In this document: in pieces, positions 29,356 through 38,320 of the stretch
How the letters are laid out: every line of letters begins with the position of its first letter
Position numbering within the stretch: position 1 is the first letter of the stretch
Assembly: GCA_028280065.1 (NCBI GenBank)
Contig: JANQMN010000013.1
Span: 44,916-108,915 of the forward strand
Source of the DNA: Hahella sp.
GTDB taxonomy: Bacteria; Pseudomonadota; Gammaproteobacteria; Pseudomonadales; Oleiphilaceae
DNA length: 64,000 nucleotides
Direction: 5' to 3'
The notes under the pieces: model-generated
The model's database searches: none
What the model was told of the DNA's origin: nothing
The model's input: the letters and a program-made list of their open reading frames with translations, nothing else
Made by a program: the position numbers and the translations under genes

Positions 29356-29443
29356 CTAGCCCGCATTTCCCACCTGGCTTCTACTGCGACCGCCTCAAAG
29401 CACGCCTTTACTGATGTTAATTCGGGTGAGAAATGCGAGCTAG
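29356..29443. repeat. 19-bp inverted repeat enclosing a 50-nt loop
   Basis: CTAGCCCGCATTTCCCACC (29356-29374) versus GGTGAGAAATGCGAGCTAG (29425-29443), 17/19 complementary; both mismatches become G-U on the minus strand. Confidence 0.7.
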
Positions 29444-29488
29444 GTCAGTTTAAGGCGGTAGCGGGGATTAGAGCGGGAGTAGCATATT

Positions 29489-30061
29489 CTATAGTTCTGC
29501 CAGGCGTTGCATCCGTTCCAACACGACGCGCTTTATTTCCTGCTTTTCGAAACTGGTAATTCTAGGGGATAGGTAGGGTAACCGCAGGCGATGGAGGTGG
29601 AGACAGGGAATCTTGCCTTGAAACGGCTTTAGATCTCCTTTCAACAGCACCGGCAGAAATGGATCTTCCTCGGTTCGCATTTGTTGTAAAACGCCGAGAG
29701 CCCGTTTCATCGGGATCGGTTTTACGGGCATCTTCGGGTCTTTGGGTTTAATCAACATATACAAGCTTTTACGCTTGATAGCCTCACCCGGAATGATGTG
29801 GAACCCGGTGGCGGTAATCGCCTCCTCATTGACATGATTGAAGGTATCATGGAAGGCATAGGGATTGGGCAAGATTACCAGATTGCGTTCGTAGTCCTCG
29901 GGAAAATGCATGCCGTAATTGGTGTACAATTGGCGCACGGTACCTGAAAACACGCAGAGTTTATCCTGGAACTGCAGAACAAAACGCTGCGCTCTGGCGC
30001 GGTCCGACAGACGATGCATATCCCAGATCAAGTCTGAGTTATTTTGTTCCGCGACAGTCAT
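29489..30061 (-). CDS. hypothetical protein
   Basis: 190-aa ORF with a GAGG RBS and host-like composition; no motif recognised. Confidence 0.75.
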   Translation of the reverse strand: MTVAEQNNSDLIWDMHRLSDRARAQRFVLQFQDKLCVFSGTVRQLYTNYGMHFPEDYERNLVILPNPYAFHDTFNHVNEEAITATGFHIIPGEAIKRKSLYMLIKPKDPKMPVKPIPMKRALGVLQQMRTEEDPFLPVLLKGDLKPFQGKIPCLHLHRLRLPYLSPRITSFEKQEIKRVVLERMQRLAEL

Positions 30062-30195
30062 GAGGATTATCTTTGGCTCGAGGTTGTAAGCTAAATTAGC
30101 AGTGAACCATCATTTCAACAAGCGTGGAAACGTAAAGAAATGCAGCTATGCATGGCGCTGTTTCTCGGGACTGACAAGCGAGGAAGCGTATCGTC

Positions 30196-30702
30196 TCATT
30201 CCAGGCGTAGCAAGCGTTCGGCGAGCTGAAGCATCACATAGACGTTATTTTCGGCATTGAATGCCGATAAACCGTGATCCCTCAATAGTTCTTCCCGGTC
30301 TGCCAGGAATTGTTCGTAGGTAATACGTTCATCTAGGCGGACAAAGGGCTCAACCATAAAAGGCACGTCCATGTCGAAGGAGTCAAACAGCCTTTCCAAC
30401 CACTCATGATCCAGATCCAGGCCGTCGACATAAACAGTGCTGTCGGCTAAGTCCGTGCGCATTTGCTTAATGGCGTCAAGTGCTGTCAGTCCTTGTTCAA
30501 ACAGATGTTCCCTGGTTAATCCCTGGCTGTGCCGGTAACTGAAATCCCAGTCGATCCAGTCGTCTTCGGGGATGATCAATACCGATTGAATCTCTCCCTG
30601 GAGGTTGCTCCAGGCCATACAGACCGGGTAGCCGTCTTCATCCGGACTGCTCGCTTCTATATCCAGGAAAAGAAGTAAATCTTGGTTGGGTTCTTCATGC
30701 AT
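30196..30702 (-). CDS. DnaQ/DEDD-like 3'-5' exonuclease-fold protein (degenerate ExoIII)
   Basis: ExoI LFLDIEAS and ExoII-like DGLDLDHEWL; the ExoIII position reads FNAENNV rather than HxAxxD. Confidence 0.7.
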   Translation of the reverse strand: MHEEPNQDLLLFLDIEASSPDEDGYPVCMAWSNLQGEIQSVLIIPEDDWIDWDFSYRHSQGLTREHLFEQGLTALDAIKQMRTDLADSTVYVDGLDLDHEWLERLFDSFDMDVPFMVEPFVRLDERITYEQFLADREELLRDHGLSAFNAENNVYVMLQLAERLLRLE

Positions 30703-30740
30703 GATCTGTGGCTTATGGGCTGGTCACCGGTTGACATACC

Positions 30741-30768
30741 ATTATATTTGTCCATTCCTATTTCACAA
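30741..30768 (-). promoter_or_regulatory. sigma70-like promoter for the exonuclease-like gene
   Basis: TTGTGA-N16-TATAAT on the minus strand about 40 nt upstream of the start. Confidence 0.4.
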
Positions 30769-31158
30769 CCAAATTGGAAATGGCGGCCAGTGGATGCCCG
30801 CGGCTAATTGAAGTGTTCAGCGGCGTGCTAGGTGGAATGTTATTGAAAGCCATCGCCTTCCCACAACTGCTGTCATTTCAGTGCCGGTATGGCTTCGTCG
30901 TATGTCAGCTTCGCACTGGCCTCTCTCGTTAGCTTTCGCTATCCTTCGCTATCTGCGTTGGGGGGAGGTGCCAGTATCGGTATCCTGCGTCTGAGAAGAT
31001 CAGCTCCTTGACAAGCCAAACATGTCTCAAACGTTTGTGTATGAACCGGAAGATGTGCGTCGGATTCTACCGGCAAACGAATTGCCTATGAAGTTTGAGA
31101 CAATCCGAAATCCATGCGGGATTAAGCGCGACGATAAAGCTCAGAGGTTAACTACAGA

Positions 31159-32457
31159 ATGCAAAAAGATGAATTTATCCAGGGACTGTTGAACTTTCTT
31201 GACCTTTCTCCAACGCCTTTTCACGCAGTGGCCACCATGGCGGAAATGCTGGACGCCGGAGGATTCAGTCGGCTGCATGAGGGCGAAGACTGGCAATTGG
31301 AACCTAACGGAAACTACTACGTTATTCGCAACGGTTCGACCCTTGCCGCTCTTTCGGGATTTGCAAAGGAGGCAGTTCAAAATGTGCGTTTGTTTGGTGC
31401 GCATACCGACAGTCCCTGTTTAAAGCTAAAGCCGCAACCCGAAATTCGCCGCAAAGGCTACTTGCAATTGGGAGCCGAAGTCTATGGAGGCGCGCTCCTG
31501 CATCGCTGGTTTGACCGTGACCTCAGCATTGCCGGTCGGGTAACCTACGCCGATGACCAGAGCAAGACCAAGAGCCTGCTGGTTGACTGGGAAAAACCGG
31601 TGGCATTAATTCCCAGCTTGGCGATTCACCTGAACCGGGAAGCGAACAGCAGTAGCTCGGTTAATCCTCAAACACAGCTTCCGGCTGTCATCATGCTGGC
31701 CGATAAAGAACTGGAAGTGAGTTTTAACGAGCTGCTGCTGGAGCATATCCAGGAGGAGCATGTCGACATTGATATCGACCGAATCCTGGATTATGAGTTG
31801 TGCTTGTATGATACCCAGCCTGCCGCATTGGTAGGTATTGATAACGAGTTCGTGACCTCTGCGCGGTTGGATAATCTACTGAGCTGTTATGTCGGTCTGC
31901 AAGCCTTACTTTCCAGCAAAACAGGGCAGGCTTGTGTGCTGGTCTGCAATGATCATGAGGAAGTCGGAAGCCTTTCGGCAAGTGGCGCAGACGGGCCGTT
32001 CCTGACATCATTGCTGAAACGCATCCTGGGCGGGTGCGCTAAAGTAGACCAAGTGCTTGCCAAGTCCATGATGTTTTCCGCCGATAATGCGCATGCATTT
32101 CATCCCAACTTTGCCGATAAATACGATGATAACCACGGGCCGATTGTCAACCAAGGCCCGGTGATCAAGATCAACGTCAATCAACGCTATGCAACCAACA
32201 GTGTAACAAGCGGTTTTTACCGCAATCTCAGTGATGCGCTGGGCGTGCCTTATCAGACCTTTGTCATACGCACGGATATGGCCTGTGGAAGCACCATCGG
32301 CCCGATCACATCCGCTAAATTAGGCGTCAGGACACTTGATATTGGAGCGCCGCAATGGGCGATGCATTCCATTCGGGAAAGCTGCGGTTCTGACGATGGT
32401 TTCCATCTATTTAAAGTGACCACTGCGTTTTTTGACACGGATGAGTTACCGGATTGA
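31159..32457 (+). CDS. apeB: M18 family aminopeptidase
   Basis: GAHTDSPCL, EVYGG, RLDNLLSC, NDHEEVGS, SADNAHAFHPN, CGSTIGP, AMHSIRE. Confidence 0.93.
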   Translation: MQKDEFIQGLLNFLDLSPTPFHAVATMAEMLDAGGFSRLHEGEDWQLEPNGNYYVIRNGSTLAALSGFAKEAVQNVRLFGAHTDSPCLKLKPQPEIRRKGYLQLGAEVYGGALLHRWFDRDLSIAGRVTYADDQSKTKSLLVDWEKPVALIPSLAIHLNREANSSSSVNPQTQLPAVIMLADKELEVSFNELLLEHIQEEHVDIDIDRILDYELCLYDTQPAALVGIDNEFVTSARLDNLLSCYVGLQALLSSKTGQACVLVCNDHEEVGSLSASGADGPFLTSLLKRILGGCAKVDQVLAKSMMFSADNAHAFHPNFADKYDDNHGPIVNQGPVIKINVNQRYATNSVTSGFYRNLSDALGVPYQTFVIRTDMACGSTIGPITSAKLGVRTLDIGAPQWAMHSIRESCGSDDGFHLFKVTTAFFDTDELPD

Positions 32458-32587
32458 TTGTCTGAAGGTGTCTGGTCTGCTGTGGAGACTGGGCACACTT
32501 GCGGCAAAAAGCATAAACGAGTGCCGGAACTTTAGGGCAAAAGAATACGAAATTTAGCCCGAAGAAAGCTTGTTGAGTTGAAAGAAT

Positions 32588-32664
32588 TGGTCGGGGTAGA
32601 GAGATTCGAACTCCCGACATCCTGCTCCCAAAGCAGGCGCGCTACCAGACTGCGCTATACCCCG
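32588..32664 (-). tRNA. tRNA-Pro(TGG)
   Basis: Reverse complement CGGGGTATAGCGCAGTCTGGTAGCGCGCCTGCTTTGGGAGCAGGATGTCGGGAGTTCGAATCTCTCTACCCCGACCA. Confidence 0.98.
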
Positions 32665-32688
32665 AAGAATAATCTGTTACAGCAGAAA

Positions 32689-32764
32689 TGGCTCCCCGAG
32701 CTGGACTCGAACCAGCGACCCAATGATTAACAGTCATTTGCTCTACCAACTGAGCTATCGGGGA
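32689..32764 (-). tRNA. tRNA-Asn(GTT)
   Basis: Identical to the copy at 7152-7227; in tandem with tRNA-Pro. Confidence 0.98.
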
Positions 32765-32977
32765 TCAGCCTTAAGTGAGGGCGGAATAATATAGATTTGA
32801 CCGGGTATCGTCAACTCCCCGTATGCCGAATGGTTTCTCTCAGTGGCTAGCTAAACATGTCATGATGACACGGTCGATCTTGCGGGTTATCAGTATCCTG
32901 TTTGAGCAAATGCAGTAGACTGATGAATAACCGAATTCGCTAAATATAGTCGCGTAAAGTTATACAGGGGAGATTCA

Positions 32978-33883
32978 ATGAATATCAGCAATATCCTTGT
33001 CGTCCTTGATCCTACCCATGTCGAACAGCCCATTTTGCAAAGGGCCGCACGTGTTGCGAAAGGCTATGGAGCGGGGCTAACGCTGTTTGTTGCAGAGCGA
33101 AAAAGTGCTTTAGAAACCAGCTTTACATTTGACTCTTTAGTCGTTACCGAGATTAAGGAAAAATATCAGCATCAGCGTATCGAGTGGCTTGAACAACAGG
33201 CTGACCTGCTCCGTCAGCCTGGCTTGGAAGTGAACTGCCTATACAGATGGCAATCACCTTTATATTCCGCCATCAACAGGGTCGTAGAAGAGCAAGGCGT
33301 CGATCTGGTGATGAAAGCCACTCACCATCACTCCATAATTGAACGGGCGTTGTTCACCAACACGGATTGGCATCTGATAAGGGAATGCCCGGCGCCACTT
33401 TGGCTGGTAAAGGAGCAGTTTGAATGGGAAACCCACGCGCAGCTATTGGCCGCAATTGACGTGGCTTTAACCAAGTCCGATTCGAACACTCTGGCGTACC
33501 GCATCCTGGATTTCGCCCAGGATCTTGCCGGCCGCTTACCTTCTGCGTTGCATGTTCTGCATGCCTACGAACCGATCCCGATCGGGATGGTAGCAAGCGC
33601 GATGGATAGCGGCGATAGGTATCAAAGCTATCGGTTTAAGGTGCAGGAAGAGCATCAGGCGGCGTTGAATGCGATGTTGCCCGATCACGTTGAAAATAAT
33701 GCCAAGATGCACTTGGAAGAAGGTTCTGCCGACCAGGTAATTGAAACCCTGGTCGTTCAGGAAGGAATTGATTTGGTGGTCATGGGTGCTTCCTCCGGTT
33801 CCAGAATTGACGAATGGCTGGTGGGGTCAACCGCCGAACGTACCTTGGAACAAATTCGCTGTGATGTGCTTATTGTTAAATAG
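32978..33883 (+). CDS. uspE: universal stress protein, tandem Usp domains (UspE-like)
   Basis: ILVVLDP, DLVMKATHHHS...LFTNTDWHLIRECPAPLWLVK, second domain DLVVMG...GSTAE...CDVLIVK. Confidence 0.9.
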   Translation: MNISNILVVLDPTHVEQPILQRAARVAKGYGAGLTLFVAERKSALETSFTFDSLVVTEIKEKYQHQRIEWLEQQADLLRQPGLEVNCLYRWQSPLYSAINRVVEEQGVDLVMKATHHHSIIERALFTNTDWHLIRECPAPLWLVKEQFEWETHAQLLAAIDVALTKSDSNTLAYRILDFAQDLAGRLPSALHVLHAYEPIPIGMVASAMDSGDRYQSYRFKVQEEHQAALNAMLPDHVENNAKMHLEEGSADQVIETLVVQEGIDLVVMGASSGSRIDEWLVGSTAERTLEQIRCDVLIVK

Positions 33884-34259
33884 CCCTGTGGATTGATGTT
33901 GGTTACCTGAAAAGCAGGTAAGATTACCAATGGTCAAAGTCGACTAGGCAATATATTGCTATTTGTCTAATATGCCACGGCATAAAAATTCGTAAAAATA
34001 CGCAGAAATAACGCGCCTAGGGGCCAAACAACTTTTCCAACTTCCTATAACCTGGATTCTGCAATTCATTTGGGGTTCGACCTAAACTCAGCTGCTTATG
34101 CTTCGTTGGCTTCACGAATTTTATGCTCACATTAGCGCTGCTAGTGCCCCGCTAAAATTCGTTTGCCGCCTTGCCTAAGAAGCTGAGTCTAACCTTCGGT
34201 CCGCAAACAAACTGCAGAATCTAGATATAACTGTAAATGTGCTGCAGAGGACTATAACC

Positions 34260-34568
34260 ATGAGTATCGAAAAAAAATATTTGAAGACCAAACCTGTTTG
34301 CAAAGTAAAGTTTATTCTGGAAAAAGAAGCCGTTTCCGGGGCCAAAAAAGTCAACCTGGTAGGTGACTTCAACGGCTGGGATACCGAGGCGACAATGATG
34401 CGCAAGCAAAAAGACGGTCGCTTCGCCACAACGTTGGATCTTGAAAAGAATAAAGAATATCAATTCCGCTATGTTATCAACGGCGAAAAATGGGAAAACG
34501 ATTCGGCGGCAGACAAATACGCGCGGAGCTTTGTCGGTGATGCCGACAACTCGGTGGTAGTCGTTTAA
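34260..34568 (+). CDS. isoamylase early-set / CBM48 glycogen-binding domain protein
   Basis: KKYLKTKPVCKVKF, VNLVGDFNGWD, YQFRYVINGEKWEND; likely ATG at 34260. Confidence 0.9.
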   Translation: MSIEKKYLKTKPVCKVKFILEKEAVSGAKKVNLVGDFNGWDTEATMMRKQKDGRFATTLDLEKNKEYQFRYVINGEKWENDSAADKYARSFVGDADNSVVVV

Positions 34569-34602
34569 GTAGCTTATTTGAAAGGAACTTTCCCAAGGAA
34601 GG

Positions 34603-34625
34603 GCTAGCTGACAGGGTCAGCTAGC
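34603..34625. terminator. hairpin between convergent genes
   Basis: GCTAGCTGAC-agg-GTCAGCTAGC perfect 10-bp stem. Confidence 0.55.
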
Positions 34626-34657
34626 GGTAGGTATCCGAACACAATCCCTAGATTATT

Positions 34658-34945
34658 TCAGTTGGCCAAATGTGTATGCTCTTCATTGTGGAGGGCGGCT
34701 TTCGTGATGGCGTCGTAAAGCGAATAGAGCTTCTTCACTGGCGCCTGGAATTCCGGGTTTCGTTGAAATAACGGGACCACCTTTTTTGAATCTGCAATAA
34801 CCATTTCCAGGTATTTAAAGTCTCTTTCAGACAACTTCTCACCTTTCATTGCCCGCTCTTCCATTTCCAACAGCCTCGGTATCCGCTGTTGCCTTAACCT
34901 CCTGAGCAGGGCAGTAATCGTCCCCTTGTCAGTCATCTTCTGCAT
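34658..34945 (-). CDS. small helical hypothetical protein
   Basis: 95 aa with a GGAG RBS; DKGTITALLRRLRQQRIPRLLEM pattern, no function recognised. Confidence 0.7.
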   Translation of the reverse strand: MQKMTDKGTITALLRRLRQQRIPRLLEMEERAMKGEKLSERDFKYLEMVIADSKKVVPLFQRNPEFQAPVKKLYSLYDAITKAALHNEEHTHLAN

Positions 34946-35027
34946 AACTCAAACTCCAAAATAGTAAACCATCAATTATACTGTCCGGGGCATCCGCAAA
35001 GTTTGCCCAGATCAATTTGTAAGCGGT

Positions 35028-35834
35028 TTGCATGGAGTAAACAGTATGAAAAAGGGCACCCGAAACCCATGCCTGATGCCTTTTCAATGTCTTTTCGTTC
35101 AGATGCTGATTTTTTTGATATTGAGTGGATGCGGGCAGCAATCGGAAACCGGTTTTCGCATATCCAGCAATCATCAGGAAGCTGCAAGCAGCATTCAACC
35201 AGGCCGCCACAGCCTCGGATTAGGGGGATATAAAATTGTCAATGGTTTGCCCACTTGGCGAGACGGCATTTTGTATGTGCCTTCGGCGTTAAATAGCGGA
35301 AAACCCTTACCTTTGTTGATTTGGCTTCATGGCGGTGCCGGCCGAGCGGAAACCTTTGATTATATGTTTCCACCCGCCGAGGAAGCAGGCGTAGTCATTC
35401 TAGCGCTCGACGCCAGACACAACACCTGGGACGCTATCGACGGTCCCTTTGGCACGGATGTCGCGTTTATCGACAGGTCTTTAAAACACGTTTTCGAACA
35501 GGTATCCATCGATCCCAGCAAAATAGCCCTAGGAGGACTTTCCGACGGCGCATCCTATGCGTTGGCGTTAGGCCGGTCCAACGGCGACAAATTCACTCAT
35601 TTGGTCGCCGTTGCCCCCGGTTTTTTAGAGCCCCCCGGACCAAGTATCGGGAAACCAAAAATCTTCGTTGCACATGGCCTTAGAGATACCGTCTACCGGG
35701 CGGTTACAACGCGGATTTACATCGTCCCTCAGCTTAAAAAAGCCGGATACGATACGACCTACCTGGAGTTTGAAGGCCCGCATTGGATGACCAAAGAAGT
35801 GGGCGTGCAAATGCTGGATTGGTTAAAGGAATAA
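35028..35834 (+). CDS. phospholipase/carboxylesterase family alpha/beta hydrolase, probable lipoprotein
   Basis: LHGGAG, GGLSDGASY nucleophile elbow, HGLRD, EFEGPH; lipobox LSGC (true start probably later than 35028). Confidence 0.85.
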   Translation: MHGVNSMKKGTRNPCLMPFQCLFVQMLIFLILSGCGQQSETGFRISSNHQEAASSIQPGRHSLGLGGYKIVNGLPTWRDGILYVPSALNSGKPLPLLIWLHGGAGRAETFDYMFPPAEEAGVVILALDARHNTWDAIDGPFGTDVAFIDRSLKHVFEQVSIDPSKIALGGLSDGASYALALGRSNGDKFTHLVAVAPGFLEPPGPSIGKPKIFVAHGLRDTVYRAVTTRIYIVPQLKKAGYDTTYLEFEGPHWMTKEVGVQMLDWLKE

Positions 35835-35964
35835 GTGGAGGCTGGCGAAAGGTGGTCGCATCCTCCCTTTAATGGCCAGTTGAGATGGAGACTTCGAGGG
35901 CTATCTACATGGATGATTAATTCTAGGCTTTAATGAGAGTTAGGGCGGTAACCCTTGGGTTAGT

Positions 35965-37125
35965 CTATTTTTCTCGAATCAGCTGATATTCGTTATATCT
36001 AGAATCCTCACCCATTATGAGAAGTGAAAAGGGATTTTCAGCATAGGGAAGTGAAGCAGAATTTCTACCTATCCAGTCCCAACTGGTCTTAACTCCTTCA
36101 ATTACTTGATTCCCAAGCTCTTTGCCATCTTTCAAATCGATAATTCTGATTTGACCGGTCGATTTGTTATAAAGTGTTGCCACTTCTTCAGATTCAGAAA
36201 AAACTGGATTATTGGGAGAATCCCAATTGCCTTCAGCAATAGTTTTGTAAGGACTGATTTGCCAGATTGACCAGTCAAATCCCTCATCTCTGTATTTTGC
36301 GCTAAAAACCCGATTATATGACCAGTTAAGGTGATGGATGACTTCTCTGTCTCTGGTCCATGAATCAACAATTTCGCCGGTAGTCGTGTCAAGTAAGAAG
36401 AATTTATTACTCCTGTCTTTTACCAAGAGCTTGGTTTCATCTTCTGAAAGATAAAAATAAGACGAATTGATATTCCATTCGATTCGTTTCTCTAAGTTAT
36501 CTAATGGTGCAATATCAACAACACCTGTTAGCGGAGCAGAACGGACAATAAATCTACTGCCAACAACCACAAGCCGTTTTAATAATTCCCCTTTAACCGT
36601 TTTCCATTCTCGCTTTACAGAGTCATACACGCTGCCACCGACATAAATCCACCGGCCATTCTCTGAAAAAGCCACTATTGGATTTAGCAAGGTCGAGTCG
36701 GGGTATGGCACTGATGTGAATTCTTTAAACTCATTGTCAAAAAAAGTCAGGTTTTTGGAAAAAGCAACCACTGTGTTCAATCCGACGATTTTACCTCCGA
36801 AGTCTTTTACATATTTAAGTTCAAGACTTGAGGCTAATGAGAAATCTCTTAGCCTACGTCTTTCAAAAACTACTGAGAGGCAACCTGGCTTGCAATTTTT
36901 CTCTTGCTTTCTTGACAGGAAAATTCTGCTGATCAGAATTTCATCTTCAGTAATATCAAGTCGTTCAGCCGATGAATCATTGTGTATCTGGGTTGGTACC
37001 GACTGTTTGACTAGTTCATATCGAACCTCACCAGATTGAGAGTCAGTTTGGCTTATTCTCGCCTGATATGGCATTCCACAGGCGCTTAGAACAAAAATGC
37101 ACAGAAAAACAATAATGTACTTCAT
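35965..37125 (-). CDS. hypothetical lipoprotein, probable beta-propeller
   Basis: Lipobox LSAC at residues 13-16; repeated short beta motifs (FSENGRWIYV, LSEDETKLLV, FSESEEVAT, IIDLKDGK). Confidence 0.75.
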   Translation of the reverse strand: MKYIIVFLCIFVLSACGMPYQARISQTDSQSGEVRYELVKQSVPTQIHNDSSAERLDITEDEILISRIFLSRKQEKNCKPGCLSVVFERRRLRDFSLASSLELKYVKDFGGKIVGLNTVVAFSKNLTFFDNEFKEFTSVPYPDSTLLNPIVAFSENGRWIYVGGSVYDSVKREWKTVKGELLKRLVVVGSRFIVRSAPLTGVVDIAPLDNLEKRIEWNINSSYFYLSEDETKLLVKDRSNKFFLLDTTTGEIVDSWTRDREVIHHLNWSYNRVFSAKYRDEGFDWSIWQISPYKTIAEGNWDSPNNPVFSESEEVATLYNKSTGQIRIIDLKDGKELGNQVIEGVKTSWDWIGRNSASLPYAENPFSLLIMGEDSRYNEYQLIREK

Positions 37126-37374
37126 TACCTATAGTCCTATTTAGGTGGAGAAGCAGAGATAAAGCCATAAAAGTAATTAAGAAAGTCTTTGACTTTAACA
37201 ATTGTAACCGTTGAGTTATTCGTCTTCTTTATAGAGAGAGCGCTATCCAATCAACTTTAACGACAACATTGTATCCAGAGGGAAATGATTTCAAAGTTGC
37301 CCTATTAGCCCGAATGTTTCATAAAAATTGAATAAGCGCTTCACCGACTCTAAATGATCATATTTTATACTACG

Positions 37375-37688
37375 ATCAAGGTCATTCACTACGAGTTGGT
37401 TTCGCTCGCCCTTCGCCGCCTGTTCGTTGTCTTGATTTTGTGCTCAATTATTGATCAATTGTGAGGGTGCGGGTAGGAGCAGCCCTTTCACTACTGAATG
37501 GTGTTTGCTTTTTGGTCTGTGGTTCAGGCAGGTTTACTTAGGATGCTTTACGTAGTTGCCCAAGGCGGTGGTTTGGCTAGATAAAGTAGTTTGGCCAATC
37601 TGTGCAAAATGGATTTAAATGGACAACTGCTTGTCAGCTGGAGTTTGATGCGATCCTTATATTGCACCACACGAACAGCTGGTTCCGG
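37375..37688 (-). pseudogene. IS1380-family transposase C-terminal fragment and element end
   Basis: Minus-strand 37688-37548 reads PEPAVRVVQYKDRIKLQLTSSCPFKSILHRLAKLLYLAKPPPWATT*, recognised as an IS1380-type C-terminus; not in the ORF track. Confidence 0.55.
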
Positions 37689-37713
37689 TCACGCGGTAAA
37701 GCGTTTACTTATC

Positions 37714-38178
37714 TTATTTAAAGAGCTTTTTCCATAGGGCTTTAAGATCAAGACCTATTCCTATCCAATTTGGCTTCAATTCCAAAATTTCATCCTGCGG
37801 TTCATGTATGGCAATATTTTCCCGTCGAATATGGCTGTTGTATCTTTGGCCAAGAATCATTTGCAGGAGCTCAAGATCACTTTCTGGAAAGGATGGCATT
37901 AGGACAACAATAATATTTTCCACAATATTAGATATGTAATTTTCAGGGCCAATTTCTGAAAAATCACAGTACCCAAGTAGTTTGGGTCTAAATGAATCTG
38001 GATAGTTTTCGAACGAGGTTGGTCTTTCTTTGCCTGTTTGATGCATTATCTTGTTTATCCATGCACTAAGAAAGAATATTTCCTTCATGGATTGATTGGA
38101 CTTAGGGTCGAATCCAACCGGAGCAAATCGTGTCTCCTGGAGGCTAAAACAATAAATGGCATACTTTTCCTTTTGCAT
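37714..38178 (-). CDS. hypothetical protein
   Basis: Intact AT-rich ORF with a GGGAG RBS before MQKEKY; ends ELKPNWIGIGLDLKALWKKLFK. Confidence 0.7.
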   Translation of the reverse strand: MQKEKYAIYCFSLQETRFAPVGFDPKSNQSMKEIFFLSAWINKIMHQTGKERPTSFENYPDSFRPKLLGYCDFSEIGPENYISNIVENIIVVLMPSFPESDLELLQMILGQRYNSHIRRENIAIHEPQDEILELKPNWIGIGLDLKALWKKLFK

Positions 38179-38320
38179 AATCACTCCCAGCAACTAAAAG
38201 GGTTCGCCTTCTAACACCCTATGATACGCATTCTCGTGAACACTATCATTCGGCCAAACGACATATAAATTCATTAGGCAAATTCTGTCATCCTTTTTTT
38301 TGTGGGGTTGAAAACTAAAA

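Noticed and set aside
30960-31010. TPP riboswitch (GGTGCC...CTGAGA) or fluoride riboswitch (GGCGATGG)
   Set aside because: Only isolated motifs match; the downstream conserved elements are missing and the adjacent genes do not fit.
7152-32764. Two identical tRNA-Asn copies 25.5 kb apart in the same orientation, as possible attL/attR of a large island
   Set aside because: Both are full-length genes with their own promoter-like flanks, and the DNA between them is mostly core genes (uvrB, pyrD, rlmKL) with no integrase.
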